A stretch of 64,000 nucleotides of DNA, from positions 15,455-79,454 of the forward strand of contig LNDZ01000029.1 in the NCBI GenBank assembly GCA_001464495.1. Reading direction: 5' to 3'. This document shows positions 1-11,570 of the stretch, in pieces (the stretch's first letter is position 1; every line of letters starts with the position of its first letter). A program made the position numbers and the translations under genes. The notes under the pieces are model-generated. The model saw nothing but the letters and a program-made list of their open reading frames with translations, was not told the origin of the DNA and made no database searches. The DNA comes from Betaproteobacteria bacterium Ga0074130. GTDB lineage: Bacteria; Pseudomonadota; Gammaproteobacteria; Burkholderiales; Rhodocyclaceae.

Positions 1-645
1 CCAGCGATCTGCCCGAACAACGCCATGACTGCCATACAAGGTATTTACGACTTGGGCTGTATTCTCATGCGTACCGGTGACCAGCACATACTCGCAGCCT
101 GCCTGTATCAGTCGATGAGCACACTCGCTTAACTCGGGTGGTGCACTCTCGTCATCCACCTCCGCCAGACGGCGCGCTTCCAAACTATTCGGGGTGAGGA
201 TGGTGGTCTGCGGGAGCAAGAGCTCGGTGATGGCCTCGATCATGTCCTCATTGGACAGCTGGTCGCCACGCCCAGACGCCAATACCGGATCAAAAATCAA
301 AGGAATATGGGGATAGTCGGCCACCACCTCGGCAATGGCGGTAATGTTCTCGACACTGCCAAGCACGCCAAACTTGAATGCTGCAACGGGCATGTCTTCA
401 AGCACAGCGCGCGCCTGATCCTCAACCCAACCGGCATCGATCGGCAAAATATCCTCAACCCCAGTCGTATCCTGCACCGTAATGGCAGTCACGACCGACA
501 CGGGATGACAGCCCATGCCGGCAATCGCGAGCAAATCGGCCTGAATCCCGGCCCCTCCAGTGGGGTCCGACGCGGCAAAACTGAGCACGATAGGCGGACA
601 GGGCGGAGGGGTAACCGGAAGGGCAGCGCTGGCAGGTGTGCTCAT
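1..645 (-). CDS. thiD: Hydroxymethylpyrimidine/phosphomethylpyrimidine kinase (ThiD), 3' end cut by the window edge
   Basis: The reverse-strand frame is open from the ATG (643-645 on the complement) to position 1. It translates to MSTPASAALPV...IVLSFAASDPTGGAGIQADLLAIAGMGCHPVSVVTAITVQDT..., which carries the ThiD/PdxK ribokinase-fold N-terminal motifs DPTGGAGIQAD and TAITVQ. It is missing from the ORF track because no stop lies inside the window. Confidence 0.8.
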   Translation of the reverse strand, partial: MSTPASAALPVTPPPCPPIVLSFAASDPTGGAGIQADLLAIAGMGCHPVSVVTAITVQDTTGVEDILPIDAGWVEDQARAVLEDMPVAAFKFGVLGSVENITAIAEVVADYPHIPLIFDPVLASGRGDQLSNEDMIEAITELLLPQTTILTPNSLEARRLAEVDDESAPPELSECAHRLIQAGCEYVLVTGTHENTAQVVNTLYGSHGVVRADRW

Positions 646-723
646 GGGATTCGGGAAAGTGTGCCGCAGTCACAAGAGCCTGCGGTATAGTGTTTCCATT
701 CTAACCGAAACACGAGAAAGACC

Positions 724-903
724 ATGAGCAGCAACGACTTTCACACATGGATGTGCCTAATCTGCGGTTTTATCTATGACGAGGCCGCAGGTATCCCGGA
801 TGAAGGCATTGCGCCGGGAACGCGCTGGGAGGATGTGCCGCCAAACTGGACATGTCCGGAGTGCGGCGCACGTAAGGAAGATTTCGAAATGGTGAAAATA
901 TAA
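724..903 (+). CDS. Rubredoxin (59 aa)
   Basis: Hand translation gives MSSNDFHTWMCLICGFIYDEAAGIPDEGIAPGTRWEDVPPNWTCPECGARKEDFEMVKI*. It has the two rubredoxin iron-binding knuckles, C-x-x-C-G and C-P-x-C-G. It falls below the 60-aa cutoff of the ORF track. Confidence 0.85.
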   Translation: MSSNDFHTWMCLICGFIYDEAAGIPDEGIAPGTRWEDVPPNWTCPECGARKEDFEMVKI

Positions 904-1083
904 ACAATAAGATTGCCTTATCTGTTCCGGTCTTAGTATGATGGCTGGTATTGGTAAGCACTGAACAAGGGGTTTGGGCCTGCAAAGTCCTCAATGAGGA
1001 ATGCAAGCCATTAAACATTGCGGGTTCAGTTCTTGCACCCAATAAAAGCATTCTCTGTTTCGAACATTAGGGGTGGGCGGCAG

Positions 1084-1476
1084 GTGAGTGAATCTCGCAG
1101 TTTGAATAGTGTCAAAGTCATGGTTATCGATGACTCGAACACGATCCGCAAGAGTGCGGAAATTTTTCTGGTTCAGGCCGGATGCCAGGTTGTTCTCGCC
1201 GAGGACGGTTTTGATGCCTTGGCAAAAATCGCTGACCACCAACCCGACTTGGTGTTTTGTGACATTTTGATGCCACGTCTAGATGGCTATCAAACCTGCG
1301 CGCTCATCAAAAAAAATCCCCGTTTCGCCGGCACCCCGGTGGTCATGCTCTCATCCAAGGACGGCCTGTTTGATCGCGCTCGCGGCCGCATGGTCGGCTC
1401 GGACGAGTATCTGACTAAGCCTTTCACCAAGGACAGCCTGCTTAACACTGTCGCAGCGCACGCCCGGAATAATTAA
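1084..1476 (+). CDS. pilG: Twitching-motility response regulator PilG (CheY-like)
   Basis: It lies in ORF 1018..1476. The receiver motifs are VMVIDDS, CDILMPRLDGYQTCALIK, VMLSSKDG and YLTKPF, very close to what I recall of P. aeruginosa PilG. An in-frame GTG at 1084 gives the PilG-like N-terminal length, but the start is uncertain (1018, 1084 or 1120). Confidence 0.8.
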   Translation: MSESRSLNSVKVMVIDDSNTIRKSAEIFLVQAGCQVVLAEDGFDALAKIADHQPDLVFCDILMPRLDGYQTCALIKKNPRFAGTPVVMLSSKDGLFDRARGRMVGSDEYLTKPFTKDSLLNTVAAHARNN

Positions 1477-1512
1477 GTCCGCTTCAACCTGTTTTGCCCT
1501 GAAGGAAAAGTA

Positions 1513-1875
1513 ATGCCGATCAAGAAAATTCTCGTTGTCGATGACTCCGCGACCGAGCGCCATGTTCTCGTAACTCTGCTGGAAGGCAAGGGTTACACCA
1601 TTGTCACTGCCAACAACGGTGAAGAGGGTGTCGCAGCTGCCAAGCGCGAATTGCCAGACTTGATCCTCATGGATGTCGTCATGCCTGGCATGAATGGCTA
1701 TCAGGCGACTCGTACCATTTCGCGTGACGATGCAACCAAACACATTCCCGTAATCATGTGCACCAGCAAGGATCAGGAAACCGACAAGATCTGGGGCATG
1801 CGCCAAGGTGCGCTCGATTACATGGTTAAGCCGGTCGATCCGACGGCACTGCTGGCCAAACTGGCCACGCTCTGA
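1513..1875 (+). CDS. pilH: Twitching-motility response regulator PilH (CheY-like, 120 aa)
   Basis: It is a single receiver domain with LVVDDS, LILMDVVMPGMNGY, CTSK and MVKPV. It sits immediately after pilG. Confidence 0.8.
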   Translation: MPIKKILVVDDSATERHVLVTLLEGKGYTIVTANNGEEGVAAAKRELPDLILMDVVMPGMNGYQATRTISRDDATKHIPVIMCTSKDQETDKIWGMRQGALDYMVKPVDPTALLAKLATL

Positions 1876-1888
1876 AGCAGGCATATCA

Positions 1889-2407
1889 ATGGCCAAACGG
1901 CTCAGCCTGCGTGACTTTCAGGAGAACCTTTCCGCACGCCTGCTCTCAGCCAAGCGGGGTGAAACAACGCCCCCCATGCTCGGCTTCCGCTCAGGAGGAC
2001 GACGCTGGTTGCTTGAGTTGCCGGATTCAGGCGAGGTTGTGCCACTCCCCCCGCTGAGCCAAGTCCCGCTAACGCAACCGTGGTTTGTTGGCATGGCCAA
2101 TATCCGGGGTGGCTTGCATGCCGTGGTCGATTTTGCGCAGTTTGTCGGCGCTCCGCCGACGCCACGCGCTGAGCGGAGTCGTTTGCTGCTTGTTGGTGCG
2201 CGTCATGGCATCAATAGCGCGCTCTTGGTTGAAGGTATTGAAGGCTTGCGCCCCATAAGTGCGCTTCAACCGATGGAAATGGAAGCGGGAGCGCCTAGGG
2301 CCACTTGGGTCCAAGCCGCCTACCGCGACGACCAAAACAACACCTGGCTGCATATTGCCCTTGCCAATCTGCTGCAGGACTCTGCTTTTCTTGATATTGC
2401 TCTGTGA
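1889..2407 (+). CDS. pilI: CheW-like coupling protein PilI
   Basis: An internal ATG of ORF 1808..2407 gives MAKRLSLRDFQENL...WFVGMANIRGGLHAVVDF.... This is CheW-like (ANIRG-type motif) and lies between pilH and pilJ. Confidence 0.7.
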   Translation: MAKRLSLRDFQENLSARLLSAKRGETTPPMLGFRSGGRRWLLELPDSGEVVPLPPLSQVPLTQPWFVGMANIRGGLHAVVDFAQFVGAPPTPRAERSRLLLVGARHGINSALLVEGIEGLRPISALQPMEMEAGAPRATWVQAAYRDDQNNTWLHIALANLLQDSAFLDIAL

Positions 2408-2443
2408 CCTCGAACGCCGTACGGCGTTTTTCTGGAGATAGCT

Positions 2444-4417
2444 ATGGCGTTTAACCTGAAACTGCCCTCACTCAACCTGCCCGGACAAACTCTCAAAGAC
2501 GAGGCCGATGCTCCTATTGCTATACAGAAGGTTGAAAAACAGAAGGTCCAGTTCAGCAAGCAGCTAAAGTTTTTCGGCAGCTTGTTTATCGTCATTCTGC
2601 TTGCAACAGCCGGTATCACTTATGTAAACAATCGGGCCGACTTGGCAGATGACGCACGGATACGTCTAGGCCACCAAATCAACGTTCAAGCCTATCAAAT
2701 CGCCAAGGCGGCAACACTCGCGCAAACGGGTGATATCAATGCGTTCCGGGAACTTAGTCAGCTTCGAAAAGACTTTTCGGCTGCGCTACAAACCGTCTCT
2801 AAGGGTGGTGAAGTGGATGGCATTCGTATTCGCCCAGCCGGTGAAACCGTGTCTCCTCAATTGAGCAAATTGCAAGACGAATGGAAGGTTGCTGATTCGC
2901 GTATCCAGGCACTGCTCGATCAGCAAAACGCCTACGTCGCGATTGGAAAGTTCTTGCTCGAAGGTGGTCGCAAAGGCGGCTGGAGTGGGCAAGGCGAACG
3001 CATCCTCCGTGAAGCGAGTCAACTCGCTAGCCCTACGCCAATGGATATTGCAACAGAGATGGCACTGGCCAAAGACTTGCGCATGCAGCTCGAATTCGTG
3101 GTTGGAAAGGGCGACAACAGTGATTTCGGTGCAAATGCAAAAACACTGCTCGCTGCTCTCCCCGCTGACATGGCTACCTTTGCTAAGGCACGCGATGGCG
3201 CATCAAAACTACTGGCAAATATCCTGCCGCTGACGGCAGCAACGGATACGCTGCTCAGCGTTTTTGAAGCACAGACTGACCAGCGTTCAATTCACGCCGC
3301 ACTCTTTGCTGTCTTCGGATCATTGGTGCTTGCCCTACTCGTGGTTGTGGTGAAAATCTTCAATGAAGAAGCGGCAGAACGAAACCAAGAATCTGAAAAT
3401 CTGCGACAACAGGCTGAAGCGGAACGTAATGCGTCACAGGACGCCATTCTTCGCTTGATGAATGAAATGGGCGACCTTGCTGACGGTGACTTGACAATCC
3501 GAGCCACTGTGACGGAAGACATTACGGGCGCGATTGCTGACTCGGTGAACTACACGATTGAAGAGCTCTCGGTGCTCGTTAAACGGATTAATGACGCGGC
3601 AACGCGAGTGGCGGCAGCCTCTGAAACCGCACAAAAAACGACTGATGAACTGCTCTCCGCAACGGAAACACAATCTGAAGAAATTCGTTCTGCCAACAGC
3701 TCCGTGCTGTCGATGGCAGAATCGATGACGAATGTATCGATCAATGCAAGTGAGTCTGCCCGTGTGGCACTGGTTTCGCTGGCCGCCGCAAAAAAGGGTT
3801 CGGCTGCTGTAACGAACTCAATCAAGGGCATGAACGAAATTCGTCAACAGATTCAGGAAACCTCAAAGCGGATTAAGCGTCTCGGCGAATCATCCCAGGA
3901 GATCGGTGAAATCGTGGAACTGATTTCAGACATTACCGAGCAAACCAACGTGCTGGCGCTTAACGCTGCTATTCAGGCTGCATCTGCAGGTGAAGCTGGT
4001 CGAGGCTTCACTGTGGTTGCAGAAGAAGTGCAACGACTGGCAGAGCGCTCAGCCGAGGCAACCAAGCAGATCGCAGCCATTGTGAAGACCATTCAGACCG
4101 ATACGCACGATGCGGTATCGGCAATGGAAAACTCCACCCAAAACGTGGTTGAAGGAGCACAGCTTTCCGATGCGGCTGGTCAGGCGCTGGAAGAAATTTC
4201 AAACGTGTCGCAGAATCTTGCCGAACTGATTGAATCAATTTCAGGCGATACCGAAAAGCAGGCGACGGTTGCAACCGAGGTTGCAACGCTTATGCAGAAC
4301 ATTCTGCAAATTACAGAACAAACTACTACCGGCACGCGTCAGACTGCCGTGTCGATCGGCGAACTCGCTGAACTCGCGAGCGAACTCAAGGGCTCGGTTG
4401 CTGGCTTCAAGGTGTGA
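2444..4417 (+). CDS. pilJ: Methyl-accepting chemotaxis protein PilJ (657 aa)
   Basis: It has an N-terminal TM segment, a periplasmic region, a second TM segment and a HAMP-like segment. The highly conserved MCP signalling hairpin is present: [48 protein letters not shown]. Confidence 0.85.
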   Translation: MAFNLKLPSLNLPGQTLKDEADAPIAIQKVEKQKVQFSKQLKFFGSLFIVILLATAGITYVNNRADLADDARIRLGHQINVQAYQIAKAATLAQTGDINAFRELSQLRKDFSAALQTVSKGGEVDGIRIRPAGETVSPQLSKLQDEWKVADSRIQALLDQQNAYVAIGKFLLEGGRKGGWSGQGERILREASQLASPTPMDIATEMALAKDLRMQLEFVVGKGDNSDFGANAKTLLAALPADMATFAKARDGASKLLANILPLTAATDTLLSVFEAQTDQRSIHAALFAVFGSLVLALLVVVVKIFNEEAAERNQESENLRQQAEAERNASQDAILRLMNEMGDLADGDLTIRATVTEDITGAIADSVNYTIEELSVLVKRINDAATRVAAASETAQKTTDELLSATETQSEEIRSANSSVLSMAESMTNVSINASESARVALVSLAAAKKGSAAVTNSIKGMNEIRQQIQETSKRIKRLGESSQEIGEIVELISDITEQTNVLALNAAIQAASAGEAGRGFTVVAEEVQRLAERSAEATKQIAAIVKTIQTDTHDAVSAMENSTQNVVEGAQLSDAAGQALEEISNVSQNLAELIESISGDTEKQATVATEVATLMQNILQITEQTTTGTRQTAVSIGELAELASELKGSVAGFKV

Positions 4418-7400
4418 TGAATACAAACTCCGTAGATATCGGCCCACTCACTTGGGTCAAGGGCGAGATTGATATTGCGCTTGACCGCGCAGGTGAGTTG
4501 CTGCGCACGGCAACGGAGGGCGACCTTGAGCCCATCAGCAAGGCTGCGGCACAGCTGCACCAAGCCCATGGCGCACTTGCTATCGTAGGGCTTGATGGCG
4601 TTACCCAATACTCAGAAGCGCTTGAACAGCTTTTCGCCGCAGTCGAGTCTGGGCAGCTATCCTACTCAGATGAAGTAAGAGAAGCTGCGGAACATGGTTT
4701 GTTCACAATTCGCCATTATCTGGATGATCTGGTTGCTGGCAATCCGGATCAGCCTTTACGGCTGTACCCGCACTATCGCGTTTTGCAAACGTTGTGTGGT
4801 CAGAGTACGCCGCCAGAGTCAGACCTTTTCTTCCCTGATCTGAGCCTGCGCCCCCCGAAGCGTGACAAAGAAGATCTGTCACTTGAGCCAGCAGAACTTG
4901 CGCGTCACCTCAAGGCAGCGCGCATGGCTTACCAACGCGGGCTGCTCAAATGGCTACGCGGCAATACAGACGGCCTTGCTGACATGCGTACCGCATTGGA
5001 AGCGATTGAGGCGACCCAGACGCAACCCGCACGGAGAACGCTGTGGTGGTCAGCGTTAGGCTTGCTCGATACGCTCCGCGAAACCGGCATTACTGCGGAC
5101 AACGCCATGCTGCGCAAACTGAACGCGCGCATTGATACCCAAATCCGCAAACTGATTGAAGGCTCGACGACAATTGCGGAGCGTCTCCTGCGCGACGTGC
5201 TCTACCACGTTGCCGTGGCCCCTGCGGGCAGCGAGCATCTTGAATGTGTTCGTGCTGCATTTCAGCTGAATGAGCAACTACCAAAGTCGCAACATGATGA
5301 TGCGGATGCTGAAACCAAGCGCCCGATCATCGCCCAGTTGCGTGACATGCTCAGCAACGCCAAAGACGACTGGAACCGATTCAGCTCTGGAACTGCAGCA
5401 GCCCTGCCACGATTCCACCAGCGTATTGACGAATGTTGTGTACTCGCAGTTCAGCTTGGCCATACAGATTTCACTAATCTCGTTAATGCGATCAGCGGCA
5501 TTGCTGAAACATTACGCAAGAACCCTCTGCGACACGATGAAAGCATTGCTATCGAAATCGCCACAGCGATGCTACTGGCAGAGAGTAGTACCGCCGGCTA
5601 TCCAGCCTTAGGGGATGATTTCCCTGAGCAAGTCAGCGCAATGGTTGCACGTCTTGGTGCATTGAACCGTGGTGAGTCACTAGAAGCACTGGCAATGCCA
5701 AAGCTCGATGATATTGCCCGCAAAGCACAAGAGCGACTGCTCATGGCTCAGGTGGTGCGCGAAATTTCTGCCAACTTGGCCACGATCGAACAGTCACTCG
5801 ACGCCTTTTTCCGCAACCCGACTCAGAACGAGGGCCTGGCAGCATTACGTAAGCCGCTTGACCAGGTTGCTGGCGCACTCGCTGTGCTGGGACAAGACAA
5901 TGCATCGGCCCTGCTGCAGGAATGCGATCTCAAAATTCGCAGCTTTGAATCTGGTACGAATACACCAGAGCAGAGTGACTTTGAAGAAGTTGCCAGCAAG
6001 CTTTCCGCCCTTGGCTTCTTTGTCGAGCAGTTGCGCCATGGACAGGCAAATCTTGAGGCCATTCTTCATCCGCGCAATGCCGCGAGCAATGATGAAGATG
6101 CAAAGACGATCGAAGCCAGCCTTGATCTGAACAAGCGCCTGACGCAAACCCTGATTGGTGCCCTGCGCGAAAAGCCTGAAGACAGCGAACTGCGTGATGA
6201 ACTCAAACAGCAGCTTGAAACGCTGCGTGAAGACGCGCAACTGGTGGCTGACGAAGGGCTTGAGCTGCAACTCAATACTGCGATTGCAGCACTGGATGAC
6301 AATGCTTCAACCCCGATCATTGAAGAAGCCATTGCCACATTAGTAGAAACACCGACGTTTATTGCCCCGTCGGAAGAAACCATGCGGCTTGCAAGTGCAA
6401 GCAGTGAAGTTCTTGATGCCGAGCTGCTCAGTATTTTTCTTGAGGAAGCCAACGAAGTTCTCGCAACACTGCGCGAAACCCTGCCCATCTCGACTCGTGA
6501 CCCGCATGACCACGAATCCTTGACTACGATTCGCCGTAGCTTCCACACCCTCAAAGGTAGTGGTCGTATGGTCGGCCTGCACGAATTAGGTGAAACCGCT
6601 TGGGCTGTCGAACAAGTCATGAATCACTGGCTACAACTGGAAGCAGACGGCACACCACCTCTCATACAAATGCTTGAGGATGCGCAAGCGCTATTTGCTG
6701 AGTGGGTAGTAGCCCTTGAGCAGGGTGATTTCACTGCGCCCGATACCCGTGGCCTGATAGATCGCTGCCAGCAATTGCAATCCGGGGAATCAGCAGAGCC
6801 TTTGCTTCAAGCCCCGACGGAAGAACCGGAACCCGAACTCGTCGAGTACTCGACAACATCCACGGAAAGCGCAAAAGTCATTGACTTCCCGAGCAGTCCG
6901 ACGATGATCGAAATCGGCACGCTGTCACTAACACCGATGTTGTTTGACACCTTTGTCGGGGAAGCACGTAGCCATATTTCTGCCATGCAGGAAGAGTTTG
7001 CGGCTGAAGATGAAACGCCCTCTGAATCATTGATCCGTGCGGCACATACGCTCGCAGGAATATCGGCAACGGTCGATGTAGAGCCGATTCACGTCTTGGT
7101 CAGCGCACTTGAAGATGCGCTGACCCGCTATGCTGTCGCAGCCCAAACCGTCTCGTTTGAAGATCGCACCGTCATTGCCCGCGCCATTGGCGCCCTCGAT
7201 GGCATGGTCGGCGTCATCGCCGGACGCCGCATGCCCGGACGGGATACGGCGCTGGAATCGACCCTCATGGCCCTGACCCCGGCAATCGTACATGTGGACG
7301 AGGCTCAGATCCCGGCCGAGGTTGTCACAGAGATTGTAGCTGACCCGATTGCAAGTGAAGAAACGCTGTCGGCACCCGCGCTTCAAGCAGCGCTTGATGA

Positions 7401-9723
7401 AGCCATCTTCGAGGCTCAGCCTCCGCGTCATGACGACGAACTGCAACTGGTGGATGAGCTGGAATTCACTGTCATTGACGATGAAATCGATGCCCAGCTT
7501 CTCCCGATCTTTCTTGAGGAGAGCGATGAGCTGATGCAGGCCATTGGGAGTGCCCTGCGTGATTGGCGCGATTCGCCTGACAGCAAGGTGCCGGGCGAGC
7601 AACTGCAGCGTCAATTGCACACGCTCAAAGGAAGTGCTCGCATGGCCGGCGCTATGACCTTGGGCGAATTGCTGCATGCCATGGAAACGCGTGCTGAGCA
7701 TGGCTTGCATATAGGCGCACAGCTCGGCCTCCTTGACACGCTGGATGCGGCCTATGACCGTAGCGCGCACATGTTGGCGCGCCTCAGTCGTGGTGAGCCC
7801 GCACTGGAGTCAGCAATCGTCGAAGCTGCCGCAGAAGATGAGGCAGCCAGCGAAGGCGCGCAAGCGCTCATACGATCAACCGGGGATCCTAGCGCCGCAA
7901 CACCGAGTGATGTCGCTGGCAGCAATGTGCTGCGCGTTCGCGCCGGCCTAGTCGATGACTTGGTGAATAGCTCCGGTGAAATCGCCATCACCCGCTCGCG
8001 GATTGAGGGCGAAATCCGCACGCTCAAGGACTCCCTACTCGACCTGACTGAAAACGTGATCCGTTTGCGTAGTCAGTTGCGTGAAATTGAAATTCAGGCC
8101 GAGTCCCAAATGCAGTCGCAGGAATCGCTAATGCCAGAGCACAGCGCCGCCTTCGACCCGCTCGAATTTGACCGATTCACACGCTTCCAAGAGCTAACGC
8201 GCTTAATGGCCGAAAGCGTGAACGACGTCTCCACCATTCAGCACAACTTGTTGCGCAACCTCGAAAATACCGATGCTGCGCTGGTTGCCCAAGCGCGCCT
8301 TAATCGAGAGCTTTCGCAGTCGCTCATGAGTGTGCGCATGGTGCCGTTCAACTCAGTCGCCGATCGGCTCTATCGAGTAGTTCGCCAAGCAACCAAGGAC
8401 ACGGGTAAGCGCGCCAATCTTGATATCCGCGGCGCCCAAACCGAGCTGGACCGGTCCGTTCTGGAAAACATGATCGGGCCAATTGAGCACTTACTGCGCA
8501 ATGCCATCGCACACGGCCTTGAAAATGCTGACGCAAGAAAAGCGGTGGGCAAAACTGATATTGGGGAAATCGGCATCAGCCTCGCGCAAATCGGCAACGA
8601 AATTGCGATCACGCTTGAGGATGACGGCGCAGGCCTGAACTTCGAACGCATCCGTGCCATTGGTGAGGAGCGTGGATTAATTGATCCTTTGTCGGAGCTT
8701 GATGAGCAGGCCTTAATCGACCTGATCTTCACCCCTGGCTTCTCGACCATGAGCGAGGTCACCGCACTTGCCGGTCGTGGTATCGGCATGGATGTGGTCA
8801 AGAGCGAAGTACAAAATTTAGGTGGTCGTATTGACGTCAGCACGACAGCGGGCAAGGGTTCGCGCTTCAGCATTTATTTACCCCTGACCCTCGCCGTGGC
8901 GCAAGGCGTACTGGTGCGCGTGGGACTCCGCACCTTCATTCTGCCCGCAGGCATGGTGGCTCAAGTCAATGAAATGAAGCCGGCCGATATTGACGTTGTT
9001 CGCAAAGCAGGCGGCATAGAGTGGCAGGGAACACACTACCCCTATCACTATCTGCCGCAACTGCTAGGTCATCAGGATGCGCAGCCAGAGCCAGCACGCC
9101 GTCATTGGCTGATGCTCCTACGCACAGGCCCGCAGCATATTGCGCTCGAAGTTGATGCCCTGCTCGGCAACCAAGAAGTCGTGGTCAAGAATATTGGCCC
9201 GCAGTTGGCCCGGGTAACCGGCATTGCCGGCGCTACCGTTCTGGGGGATGGTGAGATTGCACTGATCATCAACCCCGTGGCATTGGCAGGTCATAAGCCG
9301 CGCACCAGCTCGGCGGCTCCTGTTATCGCCTCGGTGCCAGAAGAAGCTACCGCAGTGATGCCTACCATATTGGTTGTGGATGATTCGCTCACTGTTCGCA
9401 AGATCACCGGCCGATTACTCGAACGCTCTGGTTATCGGGTCGTCACCGCAAAAGACGGCATTGACGCACTTGAACAGATGGTTGAACTGGTGCCGGATGT
9501 CATGCTGGTTGATATTGAAATGCCACGCATGGATGGGTTTGATCTAACGCGAAATGTGCGTGCTGACATCCGCCTCAAGGCTGTACCGATCATCATGATT
9601 ACTTCACGTACGGCTGAAAAGCATCGCAATTACGCAGCAGAAATCGGCGTGAATCACTATCTTGGCAAGCCTTACGATGAAGATGAGCTGCTGCGCCTAA
9701 TTGGTACCCATCTCAAGGCGTAG
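4414..9723 (+). CDS. chpA: ChpA/PilL-type hybrid CheA histidine kinase (1769 aa) with multiple Hpt modules, HATPase, a CheW-like domain and a C-terminal receiver
   Basis: Hpt-type motifs: [35 protein letters not shown] and [12 protein letters not shown]. ATPase boxes: [20 protein letters not shown] and GRGIGMDVV. The C-terminal receiver has [18 protein letters not shown] and YLGKPY. The start overlaps the pilJ stop (ATGA). Confidence 0.85.
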   Translation: MMNTNSVDIGPLTWVKGEIDIALDRAGELLRTATEGDLEPISKAAAQLHQAHGALAIVGLDGVTQYSEALEQLFAAVESGQLSYSDEVREAAEHGLFTIRHYLDDLVAGNPDQPLRLYPHYRVLQTLCGQSTPPESDLFFPDLSLRPPKRDKEDLSLEPAELARHLKAARMAYQRGLLKWLRGNTDGLADMRTALEAIEATQTQPARRTLWWSALGLLDTLRETGITADNAMLRKLNARIDTQIRKLIEGSTTIAERLLRDVLYHVAVAPAGSEHLECVRAAFQLNEQLPKSQHDDADAETKRPIIAQLRDMLSNAKDDWNRFSSGTAAALPRFHQRIDECCVLAVQLGHTDFTNLVNAISGIAETLRKNPLRHDESIAIEIATAMLLAESSTAGYPALGDDFPEQVSAMVARLGALNRGESLEALAMPKLDDIARKAQERLLMAQVVREISANLATIEQSLDAFFRNPTQNEGLAALRKPLDQVAGALAVLGQDNASALLQECDLKIRSFESGTNTPEQSDFEEVASKLSALGFFVEQLRHGQANLEAILHPRNAASNDEDAKTIEASLDLNKRLTQTLIGALREKPEDSELRDELKQQLETLREDAQLVADEGLELQLNTAIAALDDNASTPIIEEAIATLVETPTFIAPSEETMRLASASSEVLDAELLSIFLEEANEVLATLRETLPISTRDPHDHESLTTIRRSFHTLKGSGRMVGLHELGETAWAVEQVMNHWLQLEADGTPPLIQMLEDAQALFAEWVVALEQGDFTAPDTRGLIDRCQQLQSGESAEPLLQAPTEEPEPELVEYSTTSTESAKVIDFPSSPTMIEIGTLSLTPMLFDTFVGEARSHISAMQEEFAAEDETPSESLIRAAHTLAGISATVDVEPIHVLVSALEDALTRYAVAAQTVSFEDRTVIARAIGALDGMVGVIAGRRMPGRDTALESTLMALTPAIVHVDEAQIPAEVVTEIVADPIASEETLSAPALQAALDEAIFEAQPPRHDDELQLVDELEFTVIDDEIDAQLLPIFLEESDELMQAIGSALRDWRDSPDSKVPGEQLQRQLHTLKGSARMAGAMTLGELLHAMETRAEHGLHIGAQLGLLDTLDAAYDRSAHMLARLSRGEPALESAIVEAAAEDEAASEGAQALIRSTGDPSAATPSDVAGSNVLRVRAGLVDDLVNSSGEIAITRSRIEGEIRTLKDSLLDLTENVIRLRSQLREIEIQAESQMQSQESLMPEHSAAFDPLEFDRFTRFQELTRLMAESVNDVSTIQHNLLRNLENTDAALVAQARLNRELSQSLMSVRMVPFNSVADRLYRVVRQATKDTGKRANLDIRGAQTELDRSVLENMIGPIEHLLRNAIAHGLENADARKAVGKTDIGEIGISLAQIGNEIAITLEDDGAGLNFERIRAIGEERGLIDPLSELDEQALIDLIFTPGFSTMSEVTALAGRGIGMDVVKSEVQNLGGRIDVSTTAGKGSRFSIYLPLTLAVAQGVLVRVGLRTFILPAGMVAQVNEMKPADIDVVRKAGGIEWQGTHYPYHYLPQLLGHQDAQPEPARRHWLMLLRTGPQHIALEVDALLGNQEVVVKNIGPQLARVTGIAGATVLGDGEIALIINPVALAGHKPRTSSAAPVIASVPEEATAVMPTILVVDDSLTVRKITGRLLERSGYRVVTAKDGIDALEQMVELVPDVMLVDIEMPRMDGFDLTRNVRADIRLKAVPIIMITSRTAEKHRNYAAEIGVNHYLGKPYDEDELLRLIGTHLKA

Positions 9724-9748
9724 TAAGCACATCGCTATAATCGACAAG

Positions 9749-9774
9749 TGTGGCGGGAGAATAGTCCCGCCACA
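9749..9774 (+). terminator. Stem-loop after chpA (10-bp perfect stem, 6-nt loop), possible operon terminator
   Basis: The sequence is tgtggcggga-gaatag-tcccgccaca, 26 nt downstream of the chpA stop. There is no clear U-tract, so intrinsic-terminator function is uncertain. Confidence 0.35.
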
Positions 9775-9839
9775 GGCTTCCTCCCCTTAAAATAGCGATC
9801 CCTGCACGGCCAGCATGTGCCTGCCTTTTTTCTTTGCCC

Positions 9840-11570
9840 ATGAATAGCCGCCAGCTTTATCTACGCTTGCTGTCCTACGTACGGCCTTATGCAAAAGGCT
9901 TTGCGCTTGCTATCGGCTGCATGGCTGCAGCCGCTATCACTGAGCCGCTGTTCCCGGTGCTTATGAAGCACATGCTCGACAACGGCTTTTCGGCGAATCG
10001 CGGCGCTTGGGATTGGCTCATGTATCCCTCAGCCATCGTTTTGGTACTGCTTTCCCGCGCGGTGTTCAATTTTTTTGGTGACTACGCTATGAGCTGGGTT
10101 GCCAATAATATTGTTACCGAGCTGCGGGCTGTCATGTTTGCACGCATCATCCGCCTGCCGAACGGCTACTTCTCTGACACCTTGTCCGGGCATCTAATGT
10201 CACGCGTGGCCTATGACGTCACCAATGTCGCCGCTGCTGCCACTACTGCACTAACAACGCTCATCAAGGATAGCCTTATTATTTTCGGCCTCCTAGGTTG
10301 GCTGTTCTATTTGAATTGGCAGCTTACGTTGATCACCCTGAGCATGGTTCCTTGCATATTTCTCGCGGTGCAGATTTTCAGCAAGCGGTTGCGCCGGATA
10401 GCGCGCAATGTTCAAGAGTCACAAGGGGCGTTGACGCAAATTCTGCAGGAAAGTATTGCTGGTCAGAAAATCATCAAGATATTCGGTGGACACAGTTACG
10501 AGGCACAGCGTTTTAATCGCGCTATCCATGATCAACGCCGACAAAATATGCGCGCTACTGCTGCTTCAGCAGGGCAAGGGCCACTGGTGCAGTTCTTCGT
10601 TGCTATCGCACTTGCGGTCATCATGGCTATCGCGTTGCGGCAGGCAGTGAATGAAGAGGCAACGGTAGGCAGTTTTGTTTCCTTCATTACTGCCATGATG
10701 ATGTTGCTCGGCCCGCTCAAACGATTAACCGACGTTAACGCGCCAATTCAGCGAGGACTCGCTGCGGCCGAGAGTGTATTCAGCGTGATTGATGCCGAAC
10801 CCGAGAATGACAGTGGTACCGAGGTGTTGGGCCGCAGTCAGGGTGCGATCGAATTCGACAAAGTGGGTTTCCGCTATCCAGGTGCCGAACGGGCTGCCCT
10901 GGAGAATATCAGTTTCAATATTGCGCCCGGAGAGTGCGTCGCACTGGTAGGTCAGTCGGGCAGCGGAAAGAGCACTATCGCCAGCTTGCTACCGCGCTTT
11001 TATCCAAGTACGACAGGCACCATAAGCATCGATGGGCATGCCTTAGAAAATATCAGCCTAGCCAGCCTGCGCCAGAACATTGCATTGGTGAGCCAAGACG
11101 TTGTCCTGTTCAACGACAGCATCGCCGCCAATATTGCCTACGGGCAGGCTGAAGCAACACATGCTGACATTGTGGCCGCTGCACGGGCTGCACATGCACT
11201 TGAGTTCATCGAGTCTTTGCCAGAAGGCTTCGATACGCAAGTCGGCGAACTGGGCGTCAAGCTTTCAGGTGGGCAACGTCAGCGTTTGGCTATTGCCCGT
11301 GCGCTGCTGAAGAATGCGCCGATCCTGATCTTGGATGAAGCCACCTCGGCGCTTGATAGCGAGTCAGAGCGCCATGTTCAGGCAGCATTGGAAACTTTGA
11401 TGCAGGGACGAACAACACTGGTAATAGCTCATCGCCTCTCGACCATTGAACGCGCTACCAGAATTTTGGTGCTGGCCGAAGGTCAAGTTGTAGAACGCGG
11501 CTCACATGCTGAGCTGCTGGCCGCCGATGGCACCTATGCAAGGCTGTATCGTCTGCAACACAGCAACTGA
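9840..11570 (+). CDS. msbA: Lipid A export ABC transporter ATP-binding/permease MsbA
   Basis: It has a six-TM ABC exporter domain followed by an NBD with Walker A GQSGSGKST, signature LSGGQRQR and Walker B ILILDEATSALD. An ATG at 9840 lies inside ORF 9834..11570. Confidence 0.8.
   Translation: MNSRQLYLRLLSYVRPYAKGFALAIGCMAAAAITEPLFPVLMKHMLDNGFSANRGAWDWLMYPSAIVLVLLSRAVFNFFGDYAMSWVANNIVTELRAVMFARIIRLPNGYFSDTLSGHLMSRVAYDVTNVAAAATTALTTLIKDSLIIFGLLGWLFYLNWQLTLITLSMVPCIFLAVQIFSKRLRRIARNVQESQGALTQILQESIAGQKIIKIFGGHSYEAQRFNRAIHDQRRQNMRATAASAGQGPLVQFFVAIALAVIMAIALRQAVNEEATVGSFVSFITAMMMLLGPLKRLTDVNAPIQRGLAAAESVFSVIDAEPENDSGTEVLGRSQGAIEFDKVGFRYPGAERAALENISFNIAPGECVALVGQSGSGKSTIASLLPRFYPSTTGTISIDGHALENISLASLRQNIALVSQDVVLFNDSIAANIAYGQAEATHADIVAAARAAHALEFIESLPEGFDTQVGELGVKLSGGQRQRLAIARALLKNAPILILDEATSALDSESERHVQAALETLMQGRTTLVIAHRLSTIERATRILVLAEGQVVERGSHAELLAADGTYARLYRLQHSN

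Noticed and set aside
307-690. ORF-track entries 307..690 (+) and 455..673 (-) at the left edge of the window.
   Set aside because: Both lie inside the much better supported reverse-strand thiD frame (1-645), which carries clear ThiD motifs. Their translations are Arg/Gly-rich with no motifs, as expected for off-frame ORFs in GC-rich DNA.
7027-7770. A long antisense ORF (247 aa) inside chpA. Similar long antisense or off-frame ORFs occur at 22936..23622 (ychF), 27899..28582 (deaD), 33445..34242 (mipA), 36820..37548 (purK), 42119..42799 (aceF), 44274..44972 (lpdA), 60436..61140 (ppc) and 63007..63630 (hemC).
   Set aside because: Each is fully contained in a gene with unambiguous family motifs on the other strand or in another frame. 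The translations are low-complexity (Arg/Ala/Gly/His-rich) and have no RBS. This is the typical shadow-ORF artefact of a 55-60% GC genome.
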